A stretch of DNA of 64,000 nt from the NCBI GenBank assembly GCA_964234715.1, contig OZ174275.1, one strand, 5' to 3'. A program made the position numbers and the translations under genes. The notes beneath the pieces are model-generated. The model saw only the letters and a list, made by a program, of their open reading frames with translations, did no database searches and was not told the origin of the DNA. The DNA is from Podarcis melisellensis. Its lineage: Eukaryota. Shown piece after piece: positions 1 through 15,300 of this stretch; position 1 is the first letter of the stretch; the number at the start of each line of letters is the position of its first letter.

Positions 1-185
1 AATGGGAAGCATAATATTCCCTGTTTCAGAAGAGAAACCACACACTGGAGATCACCGATTTGAAGCCAGAATGCTCAGACAGGCAGAGAAAACCAGGAAG
101 CGAACTCAGGCGTAGGAAGGCTGATCTTCCAAGATCTGTCCAAGAGTAAGATTTTGTTTTTAAAAGTCACTGGGTGGCATTCAAT

Positions 186-428
186 TACCATATTTTTTGC
201 TCTCCTAAAAACTAAGGGGAAATGTGTGCGCATCTTATAGAGCAAATGCAGGCTGCGCAGCTATCCCAGAAGCCAGAACAGCAAGAGGGATTGCTGCTTT
301 CACTGCGCAGCAATCCTTCTTGCTGTTCTGGCTTCTGAGATTCAGAATATTTGTTTTCTTGTTTTCCTCCTCCAAAAACTAGGTGCGTCTTGTGGTCTGA
401 TGCGTCTTATAGAGCGAAAAATACGGTA
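186..428. mobile_element. Tc1/mariner (Tigger-like) MITE
   Basis: TIRs taccatattttttgctc ... gagcgaaaaatacggta with TA ends; internal inverted repeat agaagccagaacagcaaga / tcttgctgttctggcttct. Confidence 0.75.
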
Positions 429-3400
429 AGTTTTACCCAGAGAAGACCCACTGAAATTAATGATCAAGACTAATTAAGGGCCATTAATTTCAACAGATCC
501 ATTCTGAGTAAAGCTTAGCTGAATGCCACCCACTCTCATTCTAGGCAGGTTCATCAGAGAAGACATCATAGTGGGAAGGCTTCTAACAATAGTCAACATC
601 TCCTCATAAAACCTGGTGAAGTGAGAGGAAGTAACTCCTTTCTTCCCTTCCCTGATGAAAGCCCTTGCTCCAAAATGTAAGTATTTTTGTTATATGTATG
701 CTCTGCTCTTCCACCAAAAACACCTGAGTGGCTTACATAAGATCATCCAGCCACTGCTCAGGAGAACCAAACACACTTAGATTTCATTCATGAAATTTAG
801 GCCATTTCCTGCACCAACAACTATCATGTATGATGTGCCATGGTTTATACATACAAGCATGTCTTTGCCACAGCATCTTCACAATACTGCTTTAAACGTC
901 ACATAAACTCTCCCTCTTACTCAATGTTTTTCTCATGAGGACCTGCAGGCGTTTAGAAAATGCTTGCGGTTGTGGAACACTTTTTGTTCTTTTTGTTTTG
1001 TTTTCTAAAACCACCTGTCCAGCACAGCAAAGGAGCTGCCAAGGTGATGTTCACCTCTGTTTCGTCCAGCAAAAGTCATCTGGATTTAAGGCAAGAAGGC
1101 CCAAGAGAGGCAATTGCTAAGTCAGTCAATAATAGATGAGTCCCGTTTTCACCTCTTTGCACCCATTTCAGGGTAATGTTAAGTTAATTCCAGGAATGGG
1201 CTTGGACAGCTGTGGACTTTAAAAAAAAAATTTCCTCTGGCTATGACAGTTCATTTATAGTTGCATTTAAAGACAAAGGGGTTCTTCAAAAAGGAGTGGG
1301 GAAGAAGTGCAAAACAAGGCCAGGATTAGAAACCTGAGACTATGGGGATTTCCAGAACAAAGTGAATCAGTGGATTGAGTTGTTTGGCATTTTCTTTCCT
1401 AAATGGTTATCTGTTTTACTTGGCTCTGCATAGTGGGATGATTAATTTTCTTGAGATCACCATCAGGTTACCTGCCAGATGAAATCCATGGAAAATGGCA
1501 CCTTTCCCCATAGGAGTTTGATCACCTACAATTTAGAGTGAAAACACTTGTGAATTGCGGATCTGGAGCCTTCCTCTATATTTTGGATTTAGATCAGAGC
1601 CCAAATGGTAGAGTGAACTGGAAGGCTCAAAACGTCTTCTTCTTCTAAATAAATAAACCACCCTAATTCGCAAGACTGTATGTCTTCAAGAAAGCCACTG
1701 CAGTGTGTAATCAGAGGCATACCTAAGGTCCCTGACACCCTTGGTAAGCAGCTCTATCAGAACTCCTTGCCCAGCAGGAAGGGGGAAAATTCACTTGCCA
1801 CATTAGAAATCACTACATTTTATGTGACCCGTGTACTCAAAGTGTCCAGTGTGAGATCAAGGCAACGAGGAAGGGTGAAAAATCCACATGCCTTTTAGCC
1901 ACTGTGCAAGAATGACAGGAAGCTTCTCCCATGTTTGATCTTGCCATGACAGTGTTGACACATAATCACACACATCCATCTCCCCCTGAACGTTGCAACT
2001 GGATCGTTTCCCTTTCAGTCTTCACGCTGCGGAGATCCATCGACCTCTGGCTCCGACGTAAATCAGTGACTCAAGCTAGCCGACTTGAGCACACTATACG
2101 TAGCAGTGTAAACTGCACAACAGGAGAGGCTTGAGGCTGTGGATACATACTAAAACTATGGATTTATTTTACATAAATCAGAACAAAGAAACATGTCGTC
2201 TCTCCTTGCCTTCTTCTCGGAGAGATACTTAAAAACAAAAGCAATACACACTGAGCGAACGCTCAAGAGACCCAGCAGTCTCTGCTGGAATGTAAACAGA
2301 CATGTGACACACAACAATCCCATGTCTACAATAAAAGGTGGAATGGAATCTCCCAACAATATGCACCACACACACTTCATAGTCTGATAGGTGATTTTTG
2401 TGCCTTTCCAGGCCTGTGTCCCCAGCAGAGGCCTGTTTCGCTAACCCCTAGGCACACCTCTGCATGTAATATTGGAAGTGTAAAGGAGATGTAGCTTGAT
2501 GCGAATTGACCCAACATACTTCAGTCAACAAATGAAATTGGCAAGGAAGTAAAGAAGCAGAGGAAGGGATTTGGGGCACCGGGGGTGGGTGGGGAATATG
2601 GACTATTACTAAGAGGAGTATTTCAGGTGGGCATTTCTTGTAGTACCCTGATATATATAGGTTTCTAATAGTTTATTTACATCAGATAGAGTATTTCTTC
2701 TGCTGGTTGAAATATATTCTTTATAGAGTGCCATAGTTGTCCATGTAATACCACAGACAAGAAAATGGACAGTCAATTCCGTTTCTGATTGTGTAGACAG
2801 GTTGCTCATTAGCTGCAACTTGCATTACATTTAAATGAGTTCGGTATGACGGGATAGAGACCAGACTGTAATAATTTGATTGTCACAATATCGCCCCACA
2901 ACAACTGTTGCAACTTGGTATTCTGCTCCTCGCCCACTTAGCACACAAAAACTCGCCCCATCTTGATTTCCATCACCTCTTATTTCCTTTATTTTCTTCC
3001 ATTGTTCCTTATCTTCCTATTGATTAATTTGAAATCAGAAGGTTGAATTTTCAGTAATTCCACAGAGCTTACTAGGTTTTATGTGAAAGGTAAGTCAGAG
3101 TGGACCCATCATTTCAATGAGTCTGTTCTGAGTGTGACTTAGTCACATACAACCCATAACCATTATTGCTTGTTTTACTTCCTAATAATCTTGTACCACC
3201 TAATGAGATGAGATATTGGGTTTTTAAATAAAATGTTGACATTTTATTTTAGGCATAATACTACAATAGTAATGTTTCACTATTTTATTCTTATGTTTTG
3301 TTAGTACTGTTATGGTCATTGTTTCATTTTCGTAAGCCACCTTGGTATTTGTTTTTTCCTCCCCCTCTCACTGGAGCTCATGGGCATCCAAGGAAGCAGA

Positions 3401-3570
3401 ATGTTGGAAGATCCAAGACAGATAAAAGAAAGGAATTTTTCATGTCACACATAGTTAAACTATGGAACTCAGTCCCTGGAGGTAATGGACATGGTTCAGG
3501 TCTAGAGAGTCCTGAAAACTTAAGGGGGCACAAAGATCTTTCTTAATCTTCAGTGGTAATGTGTTGTAAA

Positions 3571-3892
3571 TACCGTATTGGCCTGAATACAAGCCGCACC
3601 TGAATATAAGCCGCTCCATTCCTCGCTGCCCCTGGCTGCATAGGGAGGAGGGGGCTGCACTGCATTGCTGGTGGCCTTTCCCTTTCCTCACTCTCTCTCT
3701 CTCCCTTCCCAGCCTTGGGGGAGAGGATGGGACTATGCACGGGGCGGACACCACTTTGCCGTGCTCCTGGAACTATCTGCCCCACGCTCCTGGCTGCACA
3801 CCGTAAGGTCATGAATATAAGCCTCACTTTAACCTTCCACGGTCAAAATTGGGGGGGGGGGGAGTGAGGCTTATATTCAGGCCAATACGGTA
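3571..3892. mobile_element. Tc1/mariner (Tigger-like) MITE
   Basis: TIRs taccgtattggcctgaatacaagcc / ggcttatattcaggccaatacggta with TA ends. Confidence 0.85.
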
Positions 3893-6800
3893 TTGTTTGC
3901 AATTGTATATTGTTTTTCTGAGACAACCAGTAAAATTGCTTTCTAGCAGGCTATTGCTTTGGAGTATTAAAAGCCACTGAACTTCAGCACCAACCTGGCA
4001 AAGTTTGCTTGTTATTGTCCCACCTGCATGACCCGCCAGATTCCACTGGGCTCTGCCACTGACCCTCCAGGTTCTACACTGACTTCACTATGCCCCTTCT
4101 TGGTGAACGCTATTTTTAAAATCAAAAGTTGCAAACCCAATTTAGGAAGCATATTGATTTACTAAAAGCAAGGAGACCTTGCAGCTACGCAATATCCAGA
4201 AACACAACAATTCCTGTTGTTGTTGTTGCAATTGCCAAAGAGCTCATTGCACCCAATATTTTCTTCACATACATTGCAGACGGTATTGATTGGAACAGGG
4301 GCCTTACACTGGCCCAGTGTTTCCACCTTTTATGAAAAGGCATTGCTTCTCTTAAATAGGGGGTTTTCCACTGAACTTGTGTTTCCACTGTTTACATTCT
4401 ACATTCCAGATTATAAAATAGGCCTATTGCTCCACTGTTTATATATTACACTCTGTTCTACAGAGATCCCTTTTATGATACCGTTCGACTTCCAAGCTGC
4501 CATGGCACCATTACTACGCTCCGCATTGTAGAACAGACTTCTTCCACGGACCATGAGTCACACCATTTATATAGCTTGCAAGCAGAGCCACATTGCTGCT
4601 CTTAATCCGGCATTTTACTAACAAGGGAATTTGGCTGGCCTCTGCAGACGCACAGTTGGGAAAAGCGAAGGCCCCTGGAAAATACCAATAGCCACAAAAA
4701 CATTTTTGAAAGAATGAAAGGTCAAATTTGCTTTCAGAACTCTGAGGGATATTCATTGTGTATAGGAAGCGACATTTCACACCTTCAGAGGCAGATGGGG
4801 GACACCGTGAGCCAGGGAAACAAGAGAGACACAGAACTGTGAATGTCTTCTCAAGCTATCAGAAATTGCTAGGCCTTCTTGAAGTACCCTATAGGCAACA
4901 GTTTGCCCCACCCCCAAAAACCAACACATTCAACACTAGCCAGCAGCCAGGACATCCATCCCACAGATATATCTACTGATGCGAAGGGAGTTCTACACTG
5001 AGAGTAAGGTTTGAGAGATTTCAAATGCAGGGATGGGCAAATCCATCTTACTTCCAGTCCAAGTCACAATTATATATGTACACTCTTAAGGCCATTTTGT
5101 CCCGTTTCTGCATTAATGCGCCATTAAAAAATAATAACCTGCACACAAATTTGCAGCTAATATATATTTCCAAATGTACTTTCTCTCAACATCTGTTTGA
5201 AACCTTAACACTTTTTAAAAAACAAAACAAAACAAGAAATGTGTTGTGGCGTTCCAAAAGGCTAGTGAATAACTAAGTTCCAGTTCTCATATTATGAAGG
5301 GAGGTCATAAATCAGATTCAGTTCACACTGAAATTTGTTAAGATAAGATTCCTCAAGCAGGGGTACCAATTTGAATAAAATATTGGGTGGGGGGAGATAA
5401 GCCGCACCCAGCATAATTGATAACAAGATGCAATGGACAGACACCATTTGAAAGGCAATGCTCATCCACTTTAGGAGGTCTCAGCCCCCCTCAAATATTT
5501 GCCAGTGAAGAGTGAGGAAAAGCTGTGGCAGGATCTCACCAGAGTTCTGTGAGATCTTACGGGATCTCACTGGCAGCCACCCCCACTGCTTCTCCTCACT
5601 TCTTCTGCAGTGATGGCAGTGCCCCTGTGGGATTCTGCTCCCCAAGGTGGCTGCTTCAGTCTGCCTCATGGGCAGGCTAGCCCTGGTCAGGGTGTTATAT
5701 AACACTAAAATATAAAACAACAATAACAACAATCCCCGGCACCCAGCAGGCACCATGCCACACTACAGGAGCAGACCACCACCCTGCCCCTGGCTCGCTA
5801 TGCTACTGAACTTCAGCCAGGAGTGGACAAAGGGGGGTGCGGTGGGTGCTGGCCACCCTGGGTGTCACCACTGAGGGGGGTGACAAAATGCTGGGCAGCA
5901 TTCACTGTGGGGCCTGCAACATGGCTGAGTCATGCATCTCTCCTGGGAGAGACATGGTGGCTTGGGTGCGCACAGGCTCCACACTGCCCAAACGGCCTGC
6001 CCACTGCCTTCCCCCTCCCAGCTATAGGGCAGCTGAGTGGGAGGAGGCAGGCAGACTCTGGAGCCCCCACAGTGCACCCCACCCTCAGCCCGCCCCTATG
6101 GGCGGCTCGCCCTGCCCCTGGGTGCGCTCCCCCAGGTCCCCGAGCGGCTTCCGCCACAGACTTCGTTCCCACAAAATATGCACTTCCTCAAAAAGGAAGA
6201 CAGACCTTGATTCAGAAATAATGCCATAGGATGAAGGATTTAAAATGCATAAAATAAATGCACCTCTGAGGAATGATAAGTATGGCCACTATTATAGTGT
6301 GTGAAAGCAACAGAACAACTGTGCAGTTTAAGGAGCCAGCATGCATATGCAAAAAGCTATCATCATCAGACAAAATTACAGAACCTTCAAGCTGGACAAT
6401 TTTGAACCATCTGCCGTGAACATGAAAGGCTGGAAAATGTTTTGGAAGCCCTGTTTATGTCAGTGGCATCATTCTGAAAAAAAAAGTCAGACAACCACAG
6501 GTTTAATATCCATACACTGGGACTTATGTAATCAGAACCTCATTCCTGAAATTCATACGTCTATGCAAATGCACATACAAACTGAGATATTCTCAAGTGG
6601 CAAATTTCTTTCTGCACCCCAGAAGATACCTCAGACAGCTCCTTCTGCTCTCAGTGTTACAGCACTGACAACTGGTAGAGCAGATGTCCCGAAGGCAATT
6701 CCCTTTTAAATTCATATAAATACTTAAAAGTGACCTCACAATGAAGATAATAAAATACAATCCATTGACTTAGAGGAAATTAGCTTGTACCTCATTGACT

Positions 6801-9800
6801 AGAGGAAATTCTAGACGATAACGTCTTCCTCTGACTAATATCCTTTGGAACACAAAATTAAAAACATCAAACAAAAAAATCTGCAATCACATTGAAGGCA
6901 TGGCACAAAGATAGCAGAACATGATGCAGGAGATGCGAGGCTGGAAATGGAGGCAGCTGTCTGTTACTAGGGCCAAGTGCCAAAACCACTTCAGGATGCC
7001 TGTTGAAGGGGTTGGAAACCTGTGGCCCTCCAGATGTGATTGGAATAAATTTCCCATGATCCCTGACCAGTGGACTTGCTCCCATCAGCCCCGGCCAGCA
7101 TGCCCAGTCATCAGGAATGCTTGTCATTGTGATATGAATAGCCAGATTCCCCAACCCTGCCCTAGACTGCATTGGAGGTTACTCCTAAGGAGCTAGAATG
7201 CTTATGTGTCATTCTCCGACGTCATAGGAACATAGTCAAAAATATGTCTGAGATCCTCATTTCTCATATACATCAATCCAGCCCATAAAATAGGTTACTA
7301 AAAGGAAGTGTGTTGCATTGCATTTTAAAACAATAATAATTGGCAATTGGCTGATGAGAGTTACAGCCACGTGATAGATGCCATGATCAGTCAAGGGCAA
7401 TCAACTGCAAAAGCAAGTTTCTATGTACAAGATGTCATGCTGAATGCAATCTACTGGAGGCACTGCACTAGGTTAAAATCATCCCCATCCATTACTTACA
7501 GCTGTGCACACAGTTGTCCTTGTTGGATTTGGCCAATGCAAATGTCTGCTAACAGACAACTGGTCACTCATCTGGAGAGGATGGGAGAGGTTAGTATAGC
7601 CACCCTCCGGTGCCCTGCTTTGTTCTCAACAGGTGACTGACGTCATTTCAGCTGCCTGAGCCAGCCATACGTCCAGCGAACAGTGATGCATCGGTGCCAT
7701 CCTGAAAGATATGCTCACTGCAAAGCATGGCTGAACAGCCCCCTTGTAGATATAGGTCTCTCTGTGTGTGTCTGTGTGTATAGTGTGATGGGGCACCTCG
7801 CCAAGGCCAATGGCTTCTGACTCTTCTGCGGGGGGTGACCCAAAGGCACGTGCTATCAATTAGACAACTTCCCTGTGGGTGTCTAGACTGATGTGCAGTA
7901 TAAGCAAATCACACACACATGGTTGCTGGCACATTGCTTTGGAAAGGAAAGACAGTAACAGACCATCTAAGGATAACAAATACTGTACATCAGATAATGT
8001 TAAACGGAGCTTAGCCAAGTGTGCTTTTTCTCCTTCGGTGTTTTTTTATTTTTATTTTTCATGTTTCAGTTTGGAGCAGGGTACTGTTTGTCTAGGAAAG
8101 CATATTGTGATGCAGATTGTTTTGTTAGGAGGGGAGGAATACTCTACTCCAGATGCCCAGTAAAAACACTAAACATTAATTTAAGAGTGAATATAAGAAA
8201 ACAAGGCCAAGAGAACACAGTGAAATAATAGGAACGTTTGCCGTTACAGAGTCCAGGTTAACTCGAGTCAGAAACATTGAATTAATTAACACACGTGGCA
8301 CATTTTCTGTTCTACATGAAGAACTCAGTTGCACCACAGTGTCAATATAAAAGAGTCTTTGAAGTACTTCCATTTTGAGTTCCCTTTGTACAAGGAGAGC
8401 TGCGTCAAGAGATCTAAATGTACAAGAGTGGCAAGCCTGAAGTGGTTAGGCAACCAATCAATCAGAGCCTGGCCATGGTCCATCCCCACATTATCTCCGC
8501 TTCCCACTCTTTCCCTCATTTCTCATCCTCCCTGAGACATTTATTTATTTATTAAAAACATTTATACCCTGCTTTTTCCCAATGAGCCAAGGCAGTTTGG
8601 ATACATGGGGTAAAGCAATCATAATTTTCAAAACCATTTGACGGTAGCAATATAATGATACATTAATGCTGCCGTAGGACAACAGAGAGATAAAAAGATC
8701 TTTTAAAAATAATTATAAAACCATCAAAAGAAATTTGAAGCACTGTAAAACCCACTTGAAAAAGGAAGCAACCATTTATGGTCAAAAGCCTTCCTAAACA
8801 TGAAGGGTTTTGCCATCTTGTGTAGCCTTCCCAAATCTGTTACCCTCCGGATGTTATTGTACTACTCCTCCAATCATGCCAGACTATTGGCCATGTTGGC
8901 TGTGGCAGATAGGAGCTCTTGCCCCAAACATCTGAAGGACACCTAGTTGGATCTTATGGAAGGTCATTAGAAAGGGGACAGAATAACCCTCTTGGTAAGA
9001 AGTTCCAGGTCCTGCCTGTATCACACTCCTCCACTTCCTCTCAGCAACCGGCTGGTTGTATTTCCCTGCAGACCAAACATGCCAAGAGACATGTTTCAAA
9101 TGCTCCTTCAGCTGGTAGGCCTGCAGAATAGGAATCTTTCTCCTGGGCTCATTGTGTTTCTTTAAGTTTGAAGCGTTCTCTGCTCAAGATTTAAGTGTGA
9201 CTGCTTGTTGACAACAAAAATAAGAGTTTCATACGCCAGTAGGGTCAGTTTCTAGCAGAAAACATAATAACCAAGGCTTGTCTCAGAAGTGGACAATCCT
9301 AGCAGAAGACATGAGTCTCTCCAGCCTACATAGAGTTAAGAGCACCTGAGGGACACAATAAACATAGCTGCCCAAGTCATAGAGAACGAGGATCCAACCC
9401 AAGCCCTCCTACTACATGAGCAGGGCACATTTAAACAGAGCTGCTGCCTGTCACATCTACTGTGGCTCAAACCTCACTGATTTCAATGGATTTATGTGCC
9501 TGATTTTCAGGGCTGGCTGAAGAAAGTTCGCTGCCTGAGGCAAAGGACAAGATGGCACCCCTTCCTGCACCATGTACAAAAGCTGAGCAGACAAGCAGTT
9601 GAATCTTTCTTCAACACTGATGATGGGACAGTGTCTTCCGATGCCCTGAAGGCAGCAGGCTAGCTTAGAGGGCACGGGGCAAGCCAGTCACATCGCCAGC
9701 AAAAAGGCACCATGAGAGATTACCAGAGAGACCTTGCTGCCCTCTTTAGGGCAGGGATGGGGGACCTTTTTTCATCCTTCCAGCCACATTGTCTCATGAG

Positions 9801-10565
9801 CAATCTCCTGGGCAGAGCTGTCTTTAGCAGATGCGGCACCGGGGTGCAAATATCCGCCCAGCGCCCCCAAATTACCACAGATAGTGGGGTGGGGAGCTGT
9901 GCACTGCCAGCCATCGGGGGGCGCAACTCTCTCCCATGCCGCTGTGGGAGAGCAATCCCCGCAGAGGCTTGGGAGGGAAGCTGTGCATCTGCCAGCCATA
10001 TGGTTGGCAGGGTGCAGCTGGCAGGTGTGCAGGGGAAGGGGAGGCCGCTGGCAAAGCCGCGCAGCTCCCCCACTCGCTGGGGTGCCCCTGAGAGGCCGGC
10101 GCCCTGGCGCGATGCACCACTAAGCCCTATGGGAAAGATGGCTCTGCTCCTGGGGGCTGCATGCCAATGGTGGGCAGGGCCAGGGGCAAAGGTATGTTGA
10201 ACAACAGGTTTGACACTTAGGCTTGTAAAGTTTCAACACACACCCACACCACACCTACATCTCTCCATCCAGACAAAAGCACCCTATGAGGCCATGGAGC
10301 AAGACCAATGAAGGGAAAGCTTGGAAATAGGAGCAGCACCAGATTTAGGGTGATGTGGGCAGTTCCCCTGCACAGACTACCTAGCCAAGGAAGGAAAATA
10401 TCTATATTTATGGGGGGCACCAAATTTTGTCTTTGCCTTGGATGCCATATTACCAAAGTGCGTTCCTAATAGGTCTGGGGAGTTTGGTCTGGGGAGGCGT
10501 GCTGCCTAGGAAGAACCCTCTCCACATCCTGAAGCCAATCATTTGACAGAATAATCTCTTAAGGT

Positions 10566-10567
<2 letters not shown>

Positions 10568-10648
<81 letters not shown>

Positions 10649-10682
10649 ACTGCCCTGGAACAATGCTAGGTCTGGGAAATTG

Positions 10683-10714
<32 letters not shown>
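10568..10714. repeat. Compound microsatellite: (GT)n(GA)n at 10568-10645 and (GT)n at 10685-10714
   Basis: Read directly from the sequence. Confidence 0.97.
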
Positions 10715-10719
<5 letters not shown>

Positions 10720-12098
10720 GGCAGCCCAAAAAGAAGAAGAAATACTTTAGAAAAATAATAAGCAACTGTGCCATGGCTGACAGGCAGCCTTACCTGCCCC
10801 AAATAATTTGTTTCCCCTCCCCAGAGAATATTCAGATTAATGATACATCCAATTCATGCATATAGGGTTGGAAAAGCTGGCAAGCTCTACATATGTGGAT
10901 GATTTGCCTATCAGCGGATTCCAGGTCAACCTGAACTTAGTATGCAAAAAGTCCATGCATTTAGACTTGCACATGCAGAAGAGACATTTAACCATGACTC
11001 TTTGGTGTGTGGGTCCCAGCACATAGAACAGCTTTCTGGCAGCAGTTGGGGGAGCAAGTAACATGTAAACCAACCCTGATTATCAATGTCTTTTGGAATT
11101 ATCCAAACAGACTGCAGGTGGCATTACACAGCAGAGGACAAAACGTCAGAAACAAATGTGAGCAGAGAAAGGAACCAGTGAATCATCCTATAAGTAAGAG
11201 CCTGACTTGCCTTATCGAGCCTACAAAATTAAAATATCTACATAAAAATAATGATAGTATCTGGAAAACACTGACTGAGCTATCATGTCACTGCTAACCC
11301 CTCTCCTTTGTGAGTGCATTAGAAGAAGAAAAGATGAATTCATATTTCACCTTCTCTGCCACATAAATAATTTTTACATTCTGGCAAAAACACATTTTAT
11401 GAGAGCTACAAATCAAGGATTTGCATGTTTTCATTCAGTAGGGATCTGTAAGATGATTTCTCTAGTGGTTGATTTTTTTTAAAATAAAAAAAATCCTGAA
11501 AGCATCCACAATGAAAAGAGTTGGGAGGGGCAAAACCTCTAAGCCATATTCATCACATCAAGTACACACATCCATGGGTTATGTAAAAGACAAAAAGAAC
11601 TGGAACAAAGAGGCACACTAAAGGTTGGCGGACAAGACAAAATGCACCAGAGGAACTTACAACCGAGAAGGGAAATGTGCTCTTGTACGATCTAAAGTCC
11701 TTTCAATTAGAAGTTTATAGGCTCCACAGATATTTTATCACACAACAACAGATAAATCAAGTACTTCTGAAATTCAGGCATTCGGGGGAGACAAGAGAAG
11801 GCTTTATTGGAGTTCAAAAAACATTCAGTGGCTGTAGTTGAGTAGATGAGGGTATTCCTTCAGCAAGAGGTTTTACATTTCTGGTAGGTTCATCACCATT
11901 TTTAAATCCTCTCCCCACAAACACTGAACCTTCAGCAACAGAGATTATTAATATCTCAAACATTTTTTTTAAAAAAATTACTGATAATGAATGTTCTCAT
12001 TGGAATAAATTCACAATAGTGTTAAGGTGCTAGCTCCTTCCATGCAAATATTTCTTACTCCCCCTCCCACTGCATGCTATTCTGTGGGTTCTCTCAAT

Positions 12099-12391
12099 CA
12101 GTGCTGGCTTTACGTACAGTATAAGCTAAACAAGCTATAGCTTAGGGCCCCACTCTCTTGGAGGCCCCAAAAAAATTTAAAGGGGAAAAAAACTGGATGT
12201 ACATTTCCAAAATATAAGATAAAAAACAAATAAAATAAAACCTACATACAGCAACAGTATTTTGTGTTGTGTAGGCTCCTATGATGTAAGTAATGGGCCC
12301 CGCCTGCTAGCTTGCTCCCTAAAATATCACATATAAAGGGACCCGTTATCTTCAGTAGCTTAGGGCCTCATCAAACTTAAATCCAGCCCTG
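12099..12391. mobile_element. hAT-type MITE
   Basis: TIRs cagtgctggcttta / taaatccagccctg; 8-bp TSD ctctcaat / ctctcaac. Confidence 0.8.
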
Positions 12392-15300
12392 CTCTCAACC
12401 ACCCAAGCCAGGCTGGAGGGGGTAGGAAGCCTTACTGCACTAGCCTAAGTTCTTGCGCAGACTTCTGCTAGCAGGGCCAGCCCTGTATTCATGTCTCTAA
12501 TACTGTTACAATCCATCCTGAAAGGTCTGCCATCTTACTCCATTTTATTACCCAGTGATGAATATCCCATTTGATTTGATTTCCCATTTTATTTGATTTT
12601 TCAGCTGAATATTCTTGGCTGCTCTGCAAGTCTGAGGTCTTGCAGTGTACGTTTGACAAAGTACCACAGTCTGGTTCAGGTGTCATTATGATCTCAGTAT
12701 GGACAATCCATGGGGTTGATCCAGGCTAAGAATGTGTGCTTGCTGTGTCTCTCCTTGCATGCCTGACTTCAGCAAAGATACCCTGGTTTCCTAAACCACT
12801 GTTTCCTGTGACATCTGCAGGAGGAAAGTGGTTTAAAAGCTCTTGTCAAACCAAGGTATGAAATTAGGATAAGATCCAGAAATAAAGACTTGACTGAAAG
12901 CCATATACACCCATAAAAAAGAAGAGGGGGCGGGAAGGAGGGGTTCTTTCTAAATATCCTAACAGAGAGAGCATGGTTAGCCTTCATTCATAATAATGCA
13001 GTGGGAGGACTGGTTTAAGTGATGGGGGCAATAAGGAAAGTGCTAAGAAATCAGCTAGTGATCCTCTGCATAGCAGACACTGGGGAATAGATAAGCAACA
13101 AGGGAAAGCCTAAACCAGCCTTTCTAAACCTGTGGGTCCCCAGCTGTTTTTGAACTACAACTCCCATCACCCCTAGCTAGCAAGGCCAGAGCTCAGGGAT
13201 GAATGGGAGTTGTAGTCCTTTCACCTTTCTTGCCAGCTTCCAAAGGCACCAAGTAACTGGCCAAGAATTTCTGGACCAGATGGACCACTGGCCTCACCCA
13301 GCAAGGCAATGACTGTGCTCTTCATAGACATCCAAAGGGAGACAAGGGTGGTGCATTATTTACAAGGATCATAAACTGCATAAAAGCAAAGTCTTAAAAG
13401 CAGTAGCTCTGTTTCTTTTAGTTTGGTCGCTGCACTGTTGGAGCTCTCGTTTCATACTCAGGAACCATGTTAAACACCTGAAAATACAACAACTATAAAC
13501 CAATATTTGCAGCAAGAGTTTTACTGTTCTCAAAAAGATAATCACTCTTGAATAACTGGAAAAGACTGGCCTAGATTTAATGGCCTGGGAAACAAGAAAG
13601 GCAGAAGGGGGAGAGGTCCAAAAAGTGTCAAGCCAAGATACACAATGAGATTTGGGACCTGTTTAATTATGCTTTCATTTCTTTTTCTTATTACACAGAT
13701 ACATGTAATAAGCAGTACTATGTCTTGTTCCTGTAAACAAGCCCACTGACTTAAAAAAAATAAATCTTTGCTCAGTATTGTGCCTTTCTTTTACATAGCT
13801 CTTACAACATACCTTCTCCCATATCAATTGCTTAAGATGTTCAGCAGAAAGCAAGAAATTACATACAGCAGTGGGTCTGTTTTACAATTCCAACAGTGAA
13901 GATGAAGAATAAAAAAGAGAGAGAAAGAGATTCAGATTCTGAGACTCTCAGCTCCCTTAAATTAAAAACAAACCAAAAATACCAAGCTTCCAGTCCATAT
14001 GATTATAAGGAAAGGTTTGATAAGTGAATAGTCGAGGAAACAACAGAAAGCAAAGGTCTCAGTAGGAGTTCTGTGATTTGGAGATCATGACTATTGGATC
14101 TTATAAATCACGGTATTCTTCTCCATCACTGGCAGAAATAAACTAAAGTGTGCATAAAATATAAAGTATACTATTTGGTTAGACTCCTTAGTGAAACATT
14201 TAGTGACTATTAGTCTCAAGTAGGTGGTGGCAGGCCATTTTAAAATCAGTCAAAGTTGGTGAAGCATGTTTTCCCATACCACATGGTGGTGGTGATGGTG
14301 GTTGTTATTTTAGGACTCAGTAGAATGGACATATGTGAATAAATGTGTGGCCTTCCTTGTGGTTGCTCCCAGCCTGGTGTATTTTGCATCCTGACACTGG
14401 TTTTGGTAACGTAAACAAAAAACGACTGCAAAATGTATTTGTTCTGAGTCCCATCAGACCTTTGTGGGCAGTACAAGGAAAGGAGCCCAAGGCCCAAACT
14501 GTCACCTTAAATGTTAGATCACCAATTTTTATGGACTCTGCTGACTCAAGGTGTTTGTTGTGGGATCAGTGTCCCTTGAACCTGAACATCTTTGCAGAGT
14601 CCACACAATGTTGTCAGCATAAAAAATAGCCACCCTACATTTTCCATCTGTTCAATCCAGATTCATCCTTTCTGGGGGAGTGGGTAACTAATAAGTAAAA
14701 AATAAATAAATTAATTAAAACACTCTGCAAATTAAAACACTCTTCTAAAGTTGAAAGTAGGGACTATGGGAACTTTGTTGAAGAGGCAACAATGTATATT
14801 GACTACTTCAACCAAGTTTCCATAGTACCTACTTTCAATATTCTTTAGCACAGAATAGCCCCAGTTGCCATAACCATGTGAAAGACGTACTGTGGGGCCA
14901 TTCTGCTGCTTGATCATACAGTGTACTCACCACATTGAGGCCCCCTCACACGTATACAAAAACTCTAATTACTATTATTATTATTAGTAGTAGTAGTAGT
15001 AGTATTTATACCCCGCCCACCCGCCCATCTGGCTGGGTTTCCCCAGACACTCTGGGCGCCTCCCAACCAAATATTAAAAACACAATAGAGCATTAAACAT
15101 TAAAAACTTCCCTAAACAGGAAAGACATTACATGAATGTGTAATTGGACATGGTGCAGGGAAATCAATTCATACATGGATTCCCTCACTTGGCTGTAGTG
15201 TTGAAACCACTATGCATGGGAGGGAAATCTGTATGTAAGAACTGGGGTATTATATAAAACCCTTTTCTTAATTTTTATATATCTAGGGAAACAACTTGCT

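Noticed and set aside
5823-6229. Overlapping GC-rich ORFs (130-132 aa); likewise 9712-10200
   Set aside because: No recognisable protein similarity or splice structure; the GC-rich sequence looks like non-autonomous transposon remnants, where stop codons are rare by composition.
6763-6810. Short direct repeat cattgact(t)agaggaaatt x2 with a spacer
   Set aside because: Only two units in a eukaryotic context; a local duplication, not a CRISPR array.
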